NCBI RefSeq assembly: GCF_039654945.1
Contig: NW_027361766.1
Coordinates: 28,582,001-28,646,000, forward strand
DNA: 64,000 bases
Direction of reading: 5' to 3'
Origin: Dendrobates tinctorius
Taxonomy: Eukaryota
The position numbers were made by a program, and so were the translations under genes. The notes beneath the pieces are model-generated. The model had not been told where the DNA came from. It saw nothing but the letters and a program-made list of their open reading frames with translations, and did no database searches. Within the stretch, counting starts at the first letter, position 1, and every line of letters begins with the position of its first letter. Below are positions 12,455-24,374 of this stretch, piece after piece.

Positions 12455-13573
12455 TACATTTGTACCGAGGTCATAGCGTACTTGGAACTACTTATTAATT
12501 TAAACGGAATGTGTCATTGGAAAATGACCTATTTGTTTTCTGTTTTTGGATTACATTTTTTTTTTCTTTTTTGTAACAAACATGTTGGGGAAAGTTTTTA
12601 TATATTCCAATGTTTTCAAAATAAAATTGTAAATAATTTTTCCACTGGCCACTATGGCTGTTTTGGTCTCTTCCTGTCCTTTCAGGAATAAATTTCAAAA
12701 GGTTCATTACCATCAGCGGATGATTACAATGATGAGTAAACCAATCTATATACTGCTAACACCAGATCCATGGTTCACAATATATAGATTTTCTTTTACT
12801 GTCACCTGTAGGCTGACCCTTTTATTGCATTTAAATTGGCTCCTCCCAAGCAAACTATACCTCGCCTGCTGCAGCCCAACACACAGACAGGGATAAGATG
12901 GAAGTAACCAATGAAATATACAATACAAGTTATTCAATGAATTCTCAGGTTCACTCTAGCTATTACAGCAGCCTCGTTATATATTCTTCTAACTTTTTAC
13001 AAGGGTAATACGCCCGGTACTATGAGAGACACTGTACTGTTTTCTTCTCTAAGACAGGCCCTAGCAGGGGTCTCTGGTTCTTCTCTTCGCCACAACCGCA
13101 CCCACATGAGAGAGGGAACGTGCCCATAGGAACAGGAAACCTACATAATAAAAGGGGTGGTCCCCCTCTCCTCAGTTGGTTTCCTGTTCCTATGGAAACC
13201 TATGGAAGAAGATCGTTACCTGGGCCAATGCATGCCGCCTGTGCAGTCTCCGTGTGAACAGCAGGGGCTGGGGAGCCCCTGCTTGTCAGCGTCCTCCCTC
13301 GTCTGGTGGTGGCCATGAGGACTGGGTCGGGGAGGGCTGCCCGATCTCATGAGAGTGTGTGTGGTGGTGTCCGGAGATGGAGCAGAGTGCGAGCTGTTGC
13401 CGGCCAGTGTCTCCAGCAGGGGCACTTCTGGTTTGCGGCCGTGCATGTGCAAAGACACCAGGCCGGTGTGGCTGGAGCATTTCCGAAGGACGTTGAGGTG
13501 AGCCTAGGGGGCGGTAAATATAAAATCTGGCGGCACTTAGCTGCCGGTGTGCTAAACATGTCGTCCCCATAAG

Positions 13574-15060
13574 GTGCACCCACCCGAGGTGGAAGTGCAG
13601 GTGCACAGGGGTACTAGGAGCAGCAGTGGACGCTCCAGAAAGGAGGGCTCCACGGACAAGAGTCGACGAGGTAGAAAGTCTGATCTACCCAGAACTCATG
13701 CTTTGCCTCCAGAACCAGTACCATGTCACAAGCTTCACTGTGTGAGTGTAAATTGACTCTAACTATTAAGCTAATTCCCTTTCTTTCTGTATACCTCCCT
13801 TTTTCAGGCTAAGAGAACCCAAAAGTCTAAGCATAAGGAATGTGCCTTGTGCATGCAGCCCCTTCCTGACTCCTACCTTAAGAGGCTATGCCAGGATTGT
13901 ATTAACCAGATATTGCAGGGGGAGGCTGTGGTAGCATCCGCTGATATACGGATGATGATAAGAGAAGAGCTCCAGGCTTTAGGATAGTCTAGCGGTCCTA
14001 AGAAACGTAGTCGGAAGAGGAAGAATGTGGCCCTTGTCTCTAATTCAGAGTATGATAGTGTCCAGATCCAATCTTCAGACCCCTCCGAAGTGTCATCATC
14101 ATCATCAAGTTCATCTGATGAGGGAGAACGTTAGTGCTTTCCCATCGACAATATTGACAACTTAGTAAGGTCAGTCAGGAATAACATGGGGTGCCCGGAC
14201 ACAAAGGAAGCCAGATCTACACAGGACATCATGTTCACGGGTCTGGCACAGAAAAAGAGAAGAACCTTCCCAGTTATTGCGGCGGTAAAAAAAGGAATGG
14301 GAGAAACAGGGCCAGCGAGGGTTCCTCACATCGGCCTCCAAAAGGAGACGAAGTGATGAAGAATTATCTACCTGGTCAAAGGTCCCTAAAGTGGATGCGG
14401 CTGTGGCGTCCACATCTAAACAATCGTTCCTGCCGATGGAGGATGCGGGTGTCCCTGCCGATGGAGGATGCGGGTGTCCTATCTGACCTGTTAGATTGTA
14501 AGGGAGAGACTTTGCTTAAGAGTTTGTGGGAAGCCTGTACTGGAGCTTTTAAACCAGCTATATCCAGTACATGCACAGCAAGGTGGATGGTTGTCTGGGT
14601 TGACCAGGTGGAGCAGCAGATCAAGGAGAAAGTAACTTTTATCTGGGAACTATAGGCCATTCCATTGATCAGCGGGGCTGCAGCGTATCTGGCGGAGGAA
14701 TCAGCAGATTCCCTACGCCTGACGGCTAGGTCGGCTGGTTTGGTTAATGCTGCTCAGCGAGCGCTATGGCTAAAGACCTGGAAAGGGGATGCGCAGTCAA
14801 AAATAAAACTTTGCGCAATCCCATGCCATGGTGAGTTCCTGTTCGGTAAAGTACTTTACGACATCCTCACCAAGGCGGGAGAGAGAAAGAAGGGGTTCCC
14901 TAATCAGTCTCTTCCCTCCTACAGGAGCTAATTCAGGAAGCGCCGGTTCAGTAGGAGAAGGCCATATGAAAGCCAGAAAGACCATTGGGCAACAAAGGAA
15001 GCTAAACAGAAATGTGCTTTGTTTAGTGGATCCTCGGCTGCAAAACATAAAAGGTTCTGA
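13574..15060 (+). pseudogene. DIRS ORF1 (gag-like), with intron, stops and frameshifts
   Basis: CALC-x12-CQDC zinc finger after 13808, Ser/acidic tract, RRALWLK.W.GD-like motif (ORF 14665..14931). Confidence 0.75.
13742..13807 (+). other. Putative 66-bp spliceosomal intron in DIRS ORF1
   Basis: GTGAGT donor, ctctaac branch-like site, pyrimidine tract ending ttttcag; phase 0 at both ends; contains an in-frame TGA. Confidence 0.7.
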
Positions 15061-15069
15061 TAAGCCTAA

Positions 15070-16866
15070 CCCTCCAGTAGGAGGCTGATTGAATTTTTTT
15101 TTCCATAAATGGAAAGAGATGACAGTCGGTGGATCCTGAACCTAGTAAGGTTCGGATTAGAGCTGTAATTTTCTCAGATTCCTCAGGATTCATTTATAGT
15201 AACATCTCTTAAATCACCAGCACAGCAAGAAGCACTGGAGTTAAAAATTTATTGTCTAGAAAGGTCCTGGTATAGGTTCCTGAAGGTCAAGAAGGAAGGG
15301 GATTTTATTCCCCTTTGTTCTTGGTCTCTAAACCGGATGGCTCATTTAGAACTATTATAAATCTTAAAAGATTGAATACCTTACTTTATAATCATACATT
15401 CAAAATGGAATCAATCAGATCCACTATCAAACTTTTATTTCCCAGATGTATCATGGCCGGATTGGATCTGAAGGATGCATATTATCATCTTCCCATACAC
15501 GCCGAACATCAGCAGTATCTTAGGGTGGCAGTCATCCTGGCGGGCCAGATCCACCATTTTCAGTTCATAGTGATGCCGTTCGGTCTTTCTATGGCTCCTC
15601 GAGTGTTCACAAAGGTGATGTTAGAGGTGATGGCTTATATATGACAGCAGGATATGCTGATCATACCATATCTAGATGATTTCCAGGTGGTAGGAAAGTC
15701 TGCCTCCCAGTTTAATAGTCGCCTTTCTGACACAATTTCGTCCTTACAGGCATTAGGATGGATTATCAACTTCGAAAAATCCAGGCTGGTTCCGGAAACT
15801 CTTCAGTCTTTCCTGGGGCTACACCTGGATTCTGTAAATCAAAGATCTTCTCCCAGAGTCAAAGAAGGTGACCATAATGTCAAAGGTCAGATCAGCGACG
15901 GATAACCGCCGAATGTCATTAAGAGAGTCCATGTCCTTTACCTCATGCATCCCGGCAGTACAATGGGCCCAGTATCATACCCGGTGCTTGCAGCAAGAGA
16001 TCCTCTATGCGGAAGAATGCTTGCAAGGGCATTTAGCGGGAGTAGTACCCCTATCTGAAGATGTAATAAACTCCCTGTCCTGGTGGGTGGACAAGAATCA
16101 TCTTTCCAGGGGGGTTCCATGGATAATAAAACCATCTAGAGTAATTACCACTGATGCCAGCCCTGAGGGATGGAGCGCCCATATGGGAGATAGCCTAGCT
16201 CAGGGCCGATGGGATATAGGGGAGATGGAAGACTCCTCAAATTTGGAAGAATTGAAAGCGGTCAGTCATGCTTTGAATCACTTTCTTCCACAGCTCCAAG
16301 GGTTTCATTTAAGGATCTTGTTGGACACAACTACGGTGGTCGCGTATTTAAATCATCAAGGCGGAACGCGATCAGAAAAGCTAATGTCTACAACAGTGGA
16401 GATTTTAGAGCTGGCTGAAACCCACCTATTGTCTATCTCAGCCCTTCATATCAGGAGAGCGGAAAATATAAAAGCAGATTTTCTCAGTCGCCATATGCTA
16501 CATCAGGGAGAATGGGTTCTCAACAGCCACATATTCAAGAAGAGAGTAAACTTATGGGGGCTCCCATACATAGACCTGTTTGCTAACAGAGAGAACAGGC
16601 AGGTACAGAGATTTGCCTCCCTGAACACAGCAGATCAGCCAGAGATGGTGGACTCCCTTCAATCCCCCTGGCAGTTCAGTCTGGCGTATGCCTTTCTGCC
16701 AATGATGTTGCTTCCTCTGGTCATCAGGAAAATCAGAGAAGATAGAGCAAGGGTGATCCTCATTGCACCCTTTTGGCCCAGGAGACCCTGGTTCTCTTGG
16801 CTCTGGGCCATGTCCATATGCGATCCCTGTATCCTCCCATCAGCTCCAGACCTGCTCTCTCAAGGT
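15070..16866 (+). pseudogene. DIRS RT / RNase H / Dam-like methyltransferase domain
   Basis: DLKDAYYH, MPFGLSMAP, YLDD and TTDAS motifs; DLFA...YAF.P...APFWPRRPWF MT-like domain. Confidence 0.92.
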
Positions 16867-18475
16867 CCATCTCTATGCTGATGACACCCAATTATACACT
16901 TCTCCTGATATCACGCCTGCCTTTTTGGAAAACACCAGTGATTGTCCTACTGCTGTCTCTGACATCATGTCCTCCCTCTATCTGAAACTGAACCTGTTAA
17001 AAACTGAACTCCTCGTGTTTCCTCCCTCTACTAACCTACCTATGCCCGACATTGCCATTTCCGTGTGTGGTTCCACCATTACTCCCCAGCAACATACCCG
17101 CTGTCCTGGGGTCATACTTGATTCAGAGCTTTCTTTCACCCCCCCCCCCACATCCGATCATTGGCTCACTCTTGTTATCTGCACCTCAAAAACATTTCTA
17201 GAATTCGACCCTTTCTTACTTTCGACTCTGCAAAAACTCTTACTGTTTCTCTTATTTGTTCTCGTCTGGACTATTGTAACTCTCTACTAATTGGTCTCCC
17301 TCTTAACAAACTCTCCCCTCTCTAATCCATCCTGAATGATGCAGCTAGGATCATATTCCTCACCAATCGTTATACAGATGCCTCTACCTTGTGCCAGTCC
17401 TTACACTGGCTACCCATCCCCTCCAGAATTCAGTATAAACTTATTACCCTCACCCACAAAGCCCTCCATGGCTCAGCACCACCCTACATCTCCTCCCTTG
17501 TCTCAGACTACCACCCTACCCGTGCCCTCCATTCTGCTAATGACCTGTGGTTAACATCCTCATTAATCAGAACCTCCCACTCCCGTCTAAGACTTTTCAC
17601 GTGCCACGTCAATTCTTTGGAATGCACTACCCAAGCTAGTACGATTAATCCCCAATCCCCAGAGTTTTAAGAGTGCCTTAAAAATGCATTTGTTCAGACT
17701 GGCCTATCGCCTCAACTTATTAACCTAAATATCCCTGTGTGGCTCATTTCAAAACTTTTTACCATAACCAGGTTCTTTGCATCATGTTCTCACATGCTTT
17801 TTGCATTTAATAGCCCTCTGTACTGTTACATATTTAGACTGTTAACTGGTTCATGCAGCAACAGGAACACCCGATTCTTAGGCTAAGTGCACACGTAGCA
17901 GAAAATTTCCGCTCAAAAACCTGACTCCCTTCCCAGAAACCGCACCTTTTTTGCCTGCGCGTTTTCGTTGCGGTTTTGATGCGTTTTTTTCCGGTGCGTT
18001 TTCAAAACGCATAGAACTAGCCAGAAACGCGGAAAAATCCGCGAAATTAATGAGCATGCTGCGTTTTTTACTGCGATGCTGTTTTTTCGCGGTAAAAGAC
18101 GCATCAATATGCACAAAAAGTGCAAAATGCATAGAAATTAATGGAAAGATTATTTTTAGCGGTTTTATTGGCAAAACCGCTAAAAATACCGCTAAAAAAA
18201 CGCTGTGTGTGAACACAGCCTTACACTAGGGATGGTCCAAACAATAATAACAATAAAAGCAATTGTTACCATTCACCTTTCGTGTCTCCCCTTTTTCCTT
18301 ATAGATTGTAAGCTTGCGAGCAGGGCCCTCATTCCTCTTGGTATCTGTTTTGATCTATGTGTTTATTGCTATGCTATGCTGTGCTGTAATGTCTTTTGTC
18401 TGTAGAAGTCCTCTCTATAATGTAAAGTGCTGCGGAATATGTTGGCGCTATAGAAATAAAATTATTATTATTATT
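16867..18475 (+). mobile_element. 5'-truncated L2 LINE inserted into DIRS
   Basis: Starts at HLYADDTQLY; LKLN..KTE, RLDYCN-like and LHWLPI motifs; conserved L2 tail ending in (att)n. Confidence 0.92.
17881..18220. mobile_element. PIF/Harbinger-type MITE inside the L2 3' UTR
   Basis: TTA TSD on both sides; ggct..gtgcacac / gtgtgaacacagcc TIRs; palindromic interior. Confidence 0.8.
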
Positions 18476-19513
18476 CCTTCATCCTCAAGTGAAGGGCCTC
18501 CACTTGACGGCGTGGAACTTGAGAGGCAGTTATTAAGATCAAGGGGGTTCTCTGATTACCTTATTAACACAGTCCTGCAAAGTAGAAAAGAGTCTACAAC
18601 TAGAATACATAGTAAAGTATGGAAGAAATTCCTAGACTTTTACAGGGGGGCCTTCTCTAGGGAGATTCCGATAACAGCTATTCTAGAATTTCTGTAGAGC
18701 GGTCGGGAGCTGGGCCTTTCAGTTAATACTGAGGTCCAAGTGTCTGCCCTTGTTAGATGGATCTCTCGGTTCATTACAGCATGTGAACGCAGTAACCCGG
18801 TTCACATTCCACGCTTACCTCCCTGGGATCTGAATCTTGTCCTTGATGCCCTAACAGGTCCCCCATATGAACCATTAGAATCCATTTCTCTAAGAAACAT
18901 GTTACTGAAAGTTGCTTTATTAGTGGCATTAACATCTGCTAGAAAGGTTATTGATATCCAGGCCCTTTCCATAGATCCTTCCTTCCTGTTAGTGTTCCAG
19001 GATAGGATAGTACTGAAACCAGACCCATCATACCTTACTAAAAGAAGAAAAGGAGTTAAATACATGCAAAAAAGTACAATGAAGTACATGACAATATGAT
19101 AAAATAAAAATAATATTTATTAATTAATTACAAATAAGTGTGTACAAAAGTTTTTTTATATGTGTTAAAATTAAGTATATCATACAACCCTAATTAGTAT
19201 ATGTACCCAGTGCAAACCAATGCAGCAAGACTCTTTAATGGCACATAACAAAATTATTTCACACAAAAGTGTTATAATGACCATAAAAAGGCAGTACTAT
19301 TACATATATATAGGCAAAAAGTTTAGATGGCACTAAATGAAATCATTTTTCACCAAAAATTGTGCTAGCCATAGAAACCAATAGCGCTACATGCATAAAA
19401 AAGCCAACCCACAAAATACTGCCGATAAAAGTACAAAAGAGTCACGTAAAATCACAACTTCTTAGCGCTTACCCATATAGTATGGTGCCTGGTTGCTCTG
19501 GAGCCACGTGTCA

Positions 19514-19552
19514 CCCTTGACGTGCGTTTCGCCCTTAGCTTTATCAAAAGGG
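19514..19552 (-). ncRNA. Minimal hammerhead ribozyme in PLE pLTR (stem III loop GCAC variant)
   Basis: CCCUU-UUGAUAA-A-GC-UAAGG-GC-GAAA-C-GCAC-G-UC-AAGGG. Confidence 0.72.
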
Positions 19553-20559
19553 ATACGCTGTTTACACATTTATCCGGTCTTTTATAGTGAGCAAGATGGG
19601 GTGGAACATCCCTACTGCGCACGCGTCCTGACATCATCGCCAGAAGGACGCCCACCATCACCTGGCATTCACCAAGAGCGCACGTCATGGGGAAGTCCCC
19701 TTTTGACGTCATTGTGACATGCGCGCTAAGTATTATGAAGCCGGGGGTGGTGTTTCCCTGAAGAGCTCAGGGCGCGTGCGTCGGAGAATCACACCATCCC
19801 ACAGACAGGAGAGTATAAGTCATGCGGCGTTTCTAAACACATCACAAAGGAGATTCATGATTAAAGAAAACTCCATATAATAACCGATAAACACCACAAG
19901 ACCACATACCAAGAATAGATTTATATAAAGTGATGTATATATCAGCGGCTGATTACCTCCAATTATTTATATATCATAAAAAATTAATTATATAAAAGAA
20001 ATTATATATATTATACCGGTATCAATACAGTGTATAAGTGAAATAATGTGAAAAAAAGAAATATAATAACGTGCCATATGGCACTAAAAAAAACACAAAA
20101 AAATATACAAATAATATAGACGTGCAAAAATATACAATATGTGTCTAAAATTAATAAAGTGAAAAAATAAAATAGTGATAAAACACCACAATAATATGGT
20201 GCAATAATAATATAATATATGATACACATGAAAAACATGTGAAAAAAAGTGAAAAAATTGAAAAAATATTTCAAAACCACAGACGCTGATACAATATTAT
20301 TTCTCTTCCTTTTCCTCTTGTCTTTACTTTATAATAATTCTCCTGTCTGTATCTCCAATACAGGAAATAAAAATCTCCAACTTGTTCTCCCGCATAAACA
20401 CCAAAAGAAACCTGATGATGAATCCTAAAAAGACTAAATAAAAACCATAATTAATAAAAAATACAGAATATATAAAATATATACATAATGAAAAATAATA
20501 ATTAAAAAAATAATAATGTTTTAAAATAATAAAAATAAAAAATAAGAATATAAATACAT

Positions 20560-20601
<42 letters not shown>

Positions 20602-20660
20602 GTACTATTTTATAAAACACTAATAAGCACAAGAATTGCTACAAGATGAAACAAGGGTCC

Positions 20661-22046
20661 TCACAAAAATGGAGCGAAACTCGATTTCTCATTTAACCCA
20701 ATGGGGGTCATTGAGTCTAATTCCACGATCCATTTACATTCCGTTTGTGCTAATAAACGCTTAATGTTACCACCCCTACTACCACAATGCACCTGATCGA
20801 TGCCAATGACCTTCAATCCATTTGGATCACTATTATGCATCATACGAAAATGCCTGGAGAGAGTTTTGAGGGTACTTACATCCTCAATTTTATGGGCATT
20901 CAAAATATCCCTCACATGCTCTCTTACACGAATGCGGAGCTGACATGAAGTCAGCCCCACATATATCTTGGAACAAGGGCATGTGGCCAGATATATTACA
21001 TGTGTACTACTACAGCTAATATGATGTCGAACTGAAAATGATTTAATACCATTTGAGGAATTGAAATGGGTCCCCTTGATCAAGTTCTTGGAAGTACAAG
21101 CCAGACAACCCCCACAAGGGTAACAACCATACGTCGGTTGTGTATTGTTCGGATTCAATATATTCACAGGTTTTGCCACATAGTGGCTCTTTACTAATAG
21201 ATCTTTTAGACTCTTACCACGTCTAGCCACAAATTGTGGTTTCTTAGAAATATTACGGGCCAAAACAGAATCTGTTAAAAGTACAGACCAATGTTTATTG
21301 ATAATCTCTTGTATACGTCTCCAATGACAATTATGAGTAGAGATATATCTTACATTTGAATTCTGATCTGATATCTTCTTCTTCCCACCCTTAAATAACA
21401 ATTCTGATCATCCTATTTTTTTGGCCCTCAAGTATCCATTTTTTATACAACGATTGCTTTATCCTCGTTCTTTGAACCTGTCCTTCAGATCTGCTGACTG
21501 CACTTCAAACTTATGATCAGTGGAACAAATCCTTTTCATCCTAAGAAACTGACCAACTGGGATGGCTTTAAACGTATGTGATACATGTGAGGAAGTGGCA
21601 TGTAACAAGGAATTCACAGAAGTTTCTTTCCTGAACACATCTGTAAATATCCTTCCATCATCCCCCACTTCTAATAAAATATCTAAGAATTCAATTTTTC
21701 ATTGATGAGCCTTATATGTAAGTTTAATATTATACGGATTGCAATTGAGTTGACCCACAAATTCAGCAATATCAATTTCATTGCCCTGCCATATAAAAAA
21801 GATGTCATCAATGTATCTATGCCAACACTGCACCTGGTCAATGCGAGAGGCCCGTTCCATATGAAAAAGTGACCTCTCCCAGAGACCAAGGAACAGGTTG
21901 GCATAGGCTGAGGCACAAGAAGCCCCCATGGCGGTCCCACGTGTCTGTAAATAATATCTATCTTTAAAGACAAATGTATTGTGGGTCAACACAAATCGCA
22001 AAAGCTCAACAACAAAATCACATAATTCGCCATCCCAGTTGCTGTT
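20661..22046 (-). pseudogene. PLE RT C-terminal half, Cys-rich linker and GIY-YIG endonuclease
   Basis: GTAMGASCA, RYIDDIF, CYPCGGCLAC, VIYLATCPCSKIYVGLT and E..WI..L.S..P.GLN motifs. Confidence 0.93.
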
Positions 22047-22648
22047 AATAATTAGCCACATGGCTAGTAACAGCCGATGTCGAGTCATTATACACGTGTA
22101 TTTCCCATGAGGATGGCATTGAGGCGGTCCGTTTCTTCCTAGGAAACAGCAACTGGGATGGCGAATTATGTGATTTTGTTGTTGAGCTTTTGCGATTTGT
22201 GTTGACCCACAATACATTTGTCTTTAAAGATAGATATTCAGGATTCATCATCCGGTTTCTTTTGGTGTTTATGCGGGAGAACAAGTTGGAGATTTTTATT
22301 TCCTGTATTGGAGATACAGACAGGAGAATTATTATAAAGTAAAGACAAGAGGAAAAGGAAGATAAATAATATTGTATCAGCGTCTGTGGTTTTGAATTAT
22401 TTTTTCAATTTTTTCACTTTTTTTCACATGTTTTTCATGTGTATCATATCTTATATTATTATTGCACCATATTATTGTGGTCTTTTATCACTATTTTATT
22501 TTTTCACTTTATTAATTTTAGCCACATATTGTATATTTTTGCACGTCTATATTATTTGTTATTATATTTCTTTTTTTCCACATTATTTCACTTATACACT
22601 GCATTGATACCGGTATAATATATATATATATATATAGATATATATATA

Positions 22649-23869
22649 CACTCACTGGCCACTTTATTAGGTACACCATGCTAGTAACGGGTTGGACCCC
22701 CTTTTGCCTTCAGAACTGCCTCAATTCTTCGTGGCAGAGATTCAACAAGGTGCTGGAAGCATTCCTCAGAGATTTTGGACCATATTGACATGATGGCATC
22801 ACACAGTTGGCGCAGATTTGTCGGCTGCACATCCCTGATGCGAATCTCCCGTTCCACCACATCCCAAAGATGCTCTATTGGATTGAGATCTGGTGACTGA
22901 GGAGGCCATTTGAGTACAGTAAACTCATTGTCATGTTCAAGAAACCAATCTGAGATGATTCGAGCTTTATGACATGGCGCATTATCCTGCTGAAAGTAGC
23001 CATCAGATGTTGGGTACATTGTGGTCATAAAGGGATGGACATGGTCAGCAACAATACTCAGGTAGGCTGTGGCGTTGCAACGATGCTCAATTGGTACCAA
23101 GGGGCCCAAAGAGTGCCCAGAAAAAATTCCCCACACCATGACACCACCACCACCAGCCTGAACCGTTGATACAAGGCAGGATGGATCCATGCTTTCATGT
23201 TGTTTACGCCAAATTCTGACCCTACCATCCGAATGTCGCAGCAGAAATCGAGACTCATCAGACCAGGCAACGTTTTTCCAATCTTCTACTGTCCAATTTC
23301 GATGAGCTTGTGCAAATTGTAGCCTCAGTTTCCTGTTCTTAGCTGAGAGGAGTGGTTCCCAGTGTGGTCTTCTGCTGCTGTAGCCCATCTGCCTCAAAGT
23401 TCGACGCACTGTGCGTTCAGAGATGCTCTTCTGCCTACCTTGGTTGTAACGGGTGGCAATTTGAGTCACTGTTGCCTTTCTATCAGCTCGAACCAGTATG
23501 CCCATTCTCCTCTGACCTCTGGCATCAACAAGGCATTTCCGGCCACAGAACTGCCGCTCACTGGATTTTTTTTCTTTTTCGGACCATTCTCTGTAAACCC
23601 TAGAGATGGTTGTGCGTGAAAATCCCAGTAGATCAGCAGTTTCTGAAATACTCAGACCAGCCCTTCTGGCACCAACAATCATGCCACGTTCAAAGGCACT
23701 CAAATCACCTTTCTTCCCCATACTGATGCTCGGTTTGAACTGCAGGAGATTGTCTTGACCATGTCTACATGCCTAAATGCACTGAGTTGCCGCCATGTGA
23801 TTGGCTGATTAGAAATTAAGTCTTAACACACAGTTGGACAGGTGTACCTAATAAAGTGGCCAGTGAGTG
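22649..23869 (-). mobile_element. Intact Tc1/mariner DD36E (Incomer-type) transposon, 1221 bp
   Basis: Perfect 29-bp TIRs cactcactggccactttattaggtacacc; inserted in (TA)n. Confidence 0.96.
22681..23721 (-). CDS. DD36E transposase, 346 aa, open
   Basis: Paired-like [18 protein letters not shown] and [11 protein letters not shown] motifs; 36 residues between D and E; no stops. Confidence 0.95.
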   Translation of the reverse strand: MGKKGDLSAFERGMIVGARRAGLSISETADLLGFSRTTISRVYREWSEKEKKSSERQFCGRKCLVDARGQRRMGILVRADRKATVTQIATRYNQGRQKSISERTVRRTLRQMGYSSRRPHWEPLLSAKNRKLRLQFAQAHRNWTVEDWKNVAWSDESRFLLRHSDGRVRIWRKQHESMDPSCLVSTVQAGGGGVMVWGIFSGHSLGPLVPIEHRCNATAYLSIVADHVHPFMTTMYPTSDGYFQQDNAPCHKARIISDWFLEHDNEFTVLKWPPQSPDLNPIEHLWDVVEREIRIRDVQPTNLRQLCDAIMSIWSKISEECFQHLVESLPRRIEAVLKAKGGPTRY

Positions 23870-24335
23870 TATATATATATATATAATTTCTTTTATATAA
23901 TTAATTTTTTATGATATATAAATAATTGGAGGTAATCAGCCGCTGATATATACATCACTTTATATAAATCTATTCTTGGTATGTGGTCTTGTGGTGTTTA
24001 TCGGTTATTATATGGAGTTTTCTTTAATCATGAATCTCCTTTGTGATGTGTTTAGAAACGCCGCATGACTTATACTCTCCTGTCTGTGGGATGGTGTGGT
24101 TCTCCGACGCACGCGCCCTGAGCTCTTCAGGGAAACACCACCCCCGGCTTCATAATACTTAGCGCGCATGTCACAATGACGTCAAAAGGGGATTTCCCCA
24201 TGACGTGCGCTCTTGGTGAATGCCGGGTGATGGTGGGCGTCCTTCTGGCGATGATGTCAGGACGCGTGCGCAGTAGGGATGTTCCACCCCATCTTGCTCA
24301 CTATAAAAGACCGGATAAATGTGTAAACAGCGTAT

Positions 24336-24374
24336 CCCTTTTGATAAAGCTAAGGGCGAAACGCGCGTCAAGGG
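24336..24374 (+). ncRNA. Minimal hammerhead ribozyme in the inverted PLE pLTR
   Basis: CCCUU-UUGAUAA-A-GC-UAAGG-GC-GAAA-C-GCGC-G-UC-AAGGG: 5-bp stem I, U3-A8 covariant core, palindromic loop III, GUC cleavage triplet. Confidence 0.8.

Noticed and set aside
16763-17290. Apparent DIRS-L2 fusion ORF
   Set aside because: Chance read-through across the L2 5' truncation junction; both parents are decayed
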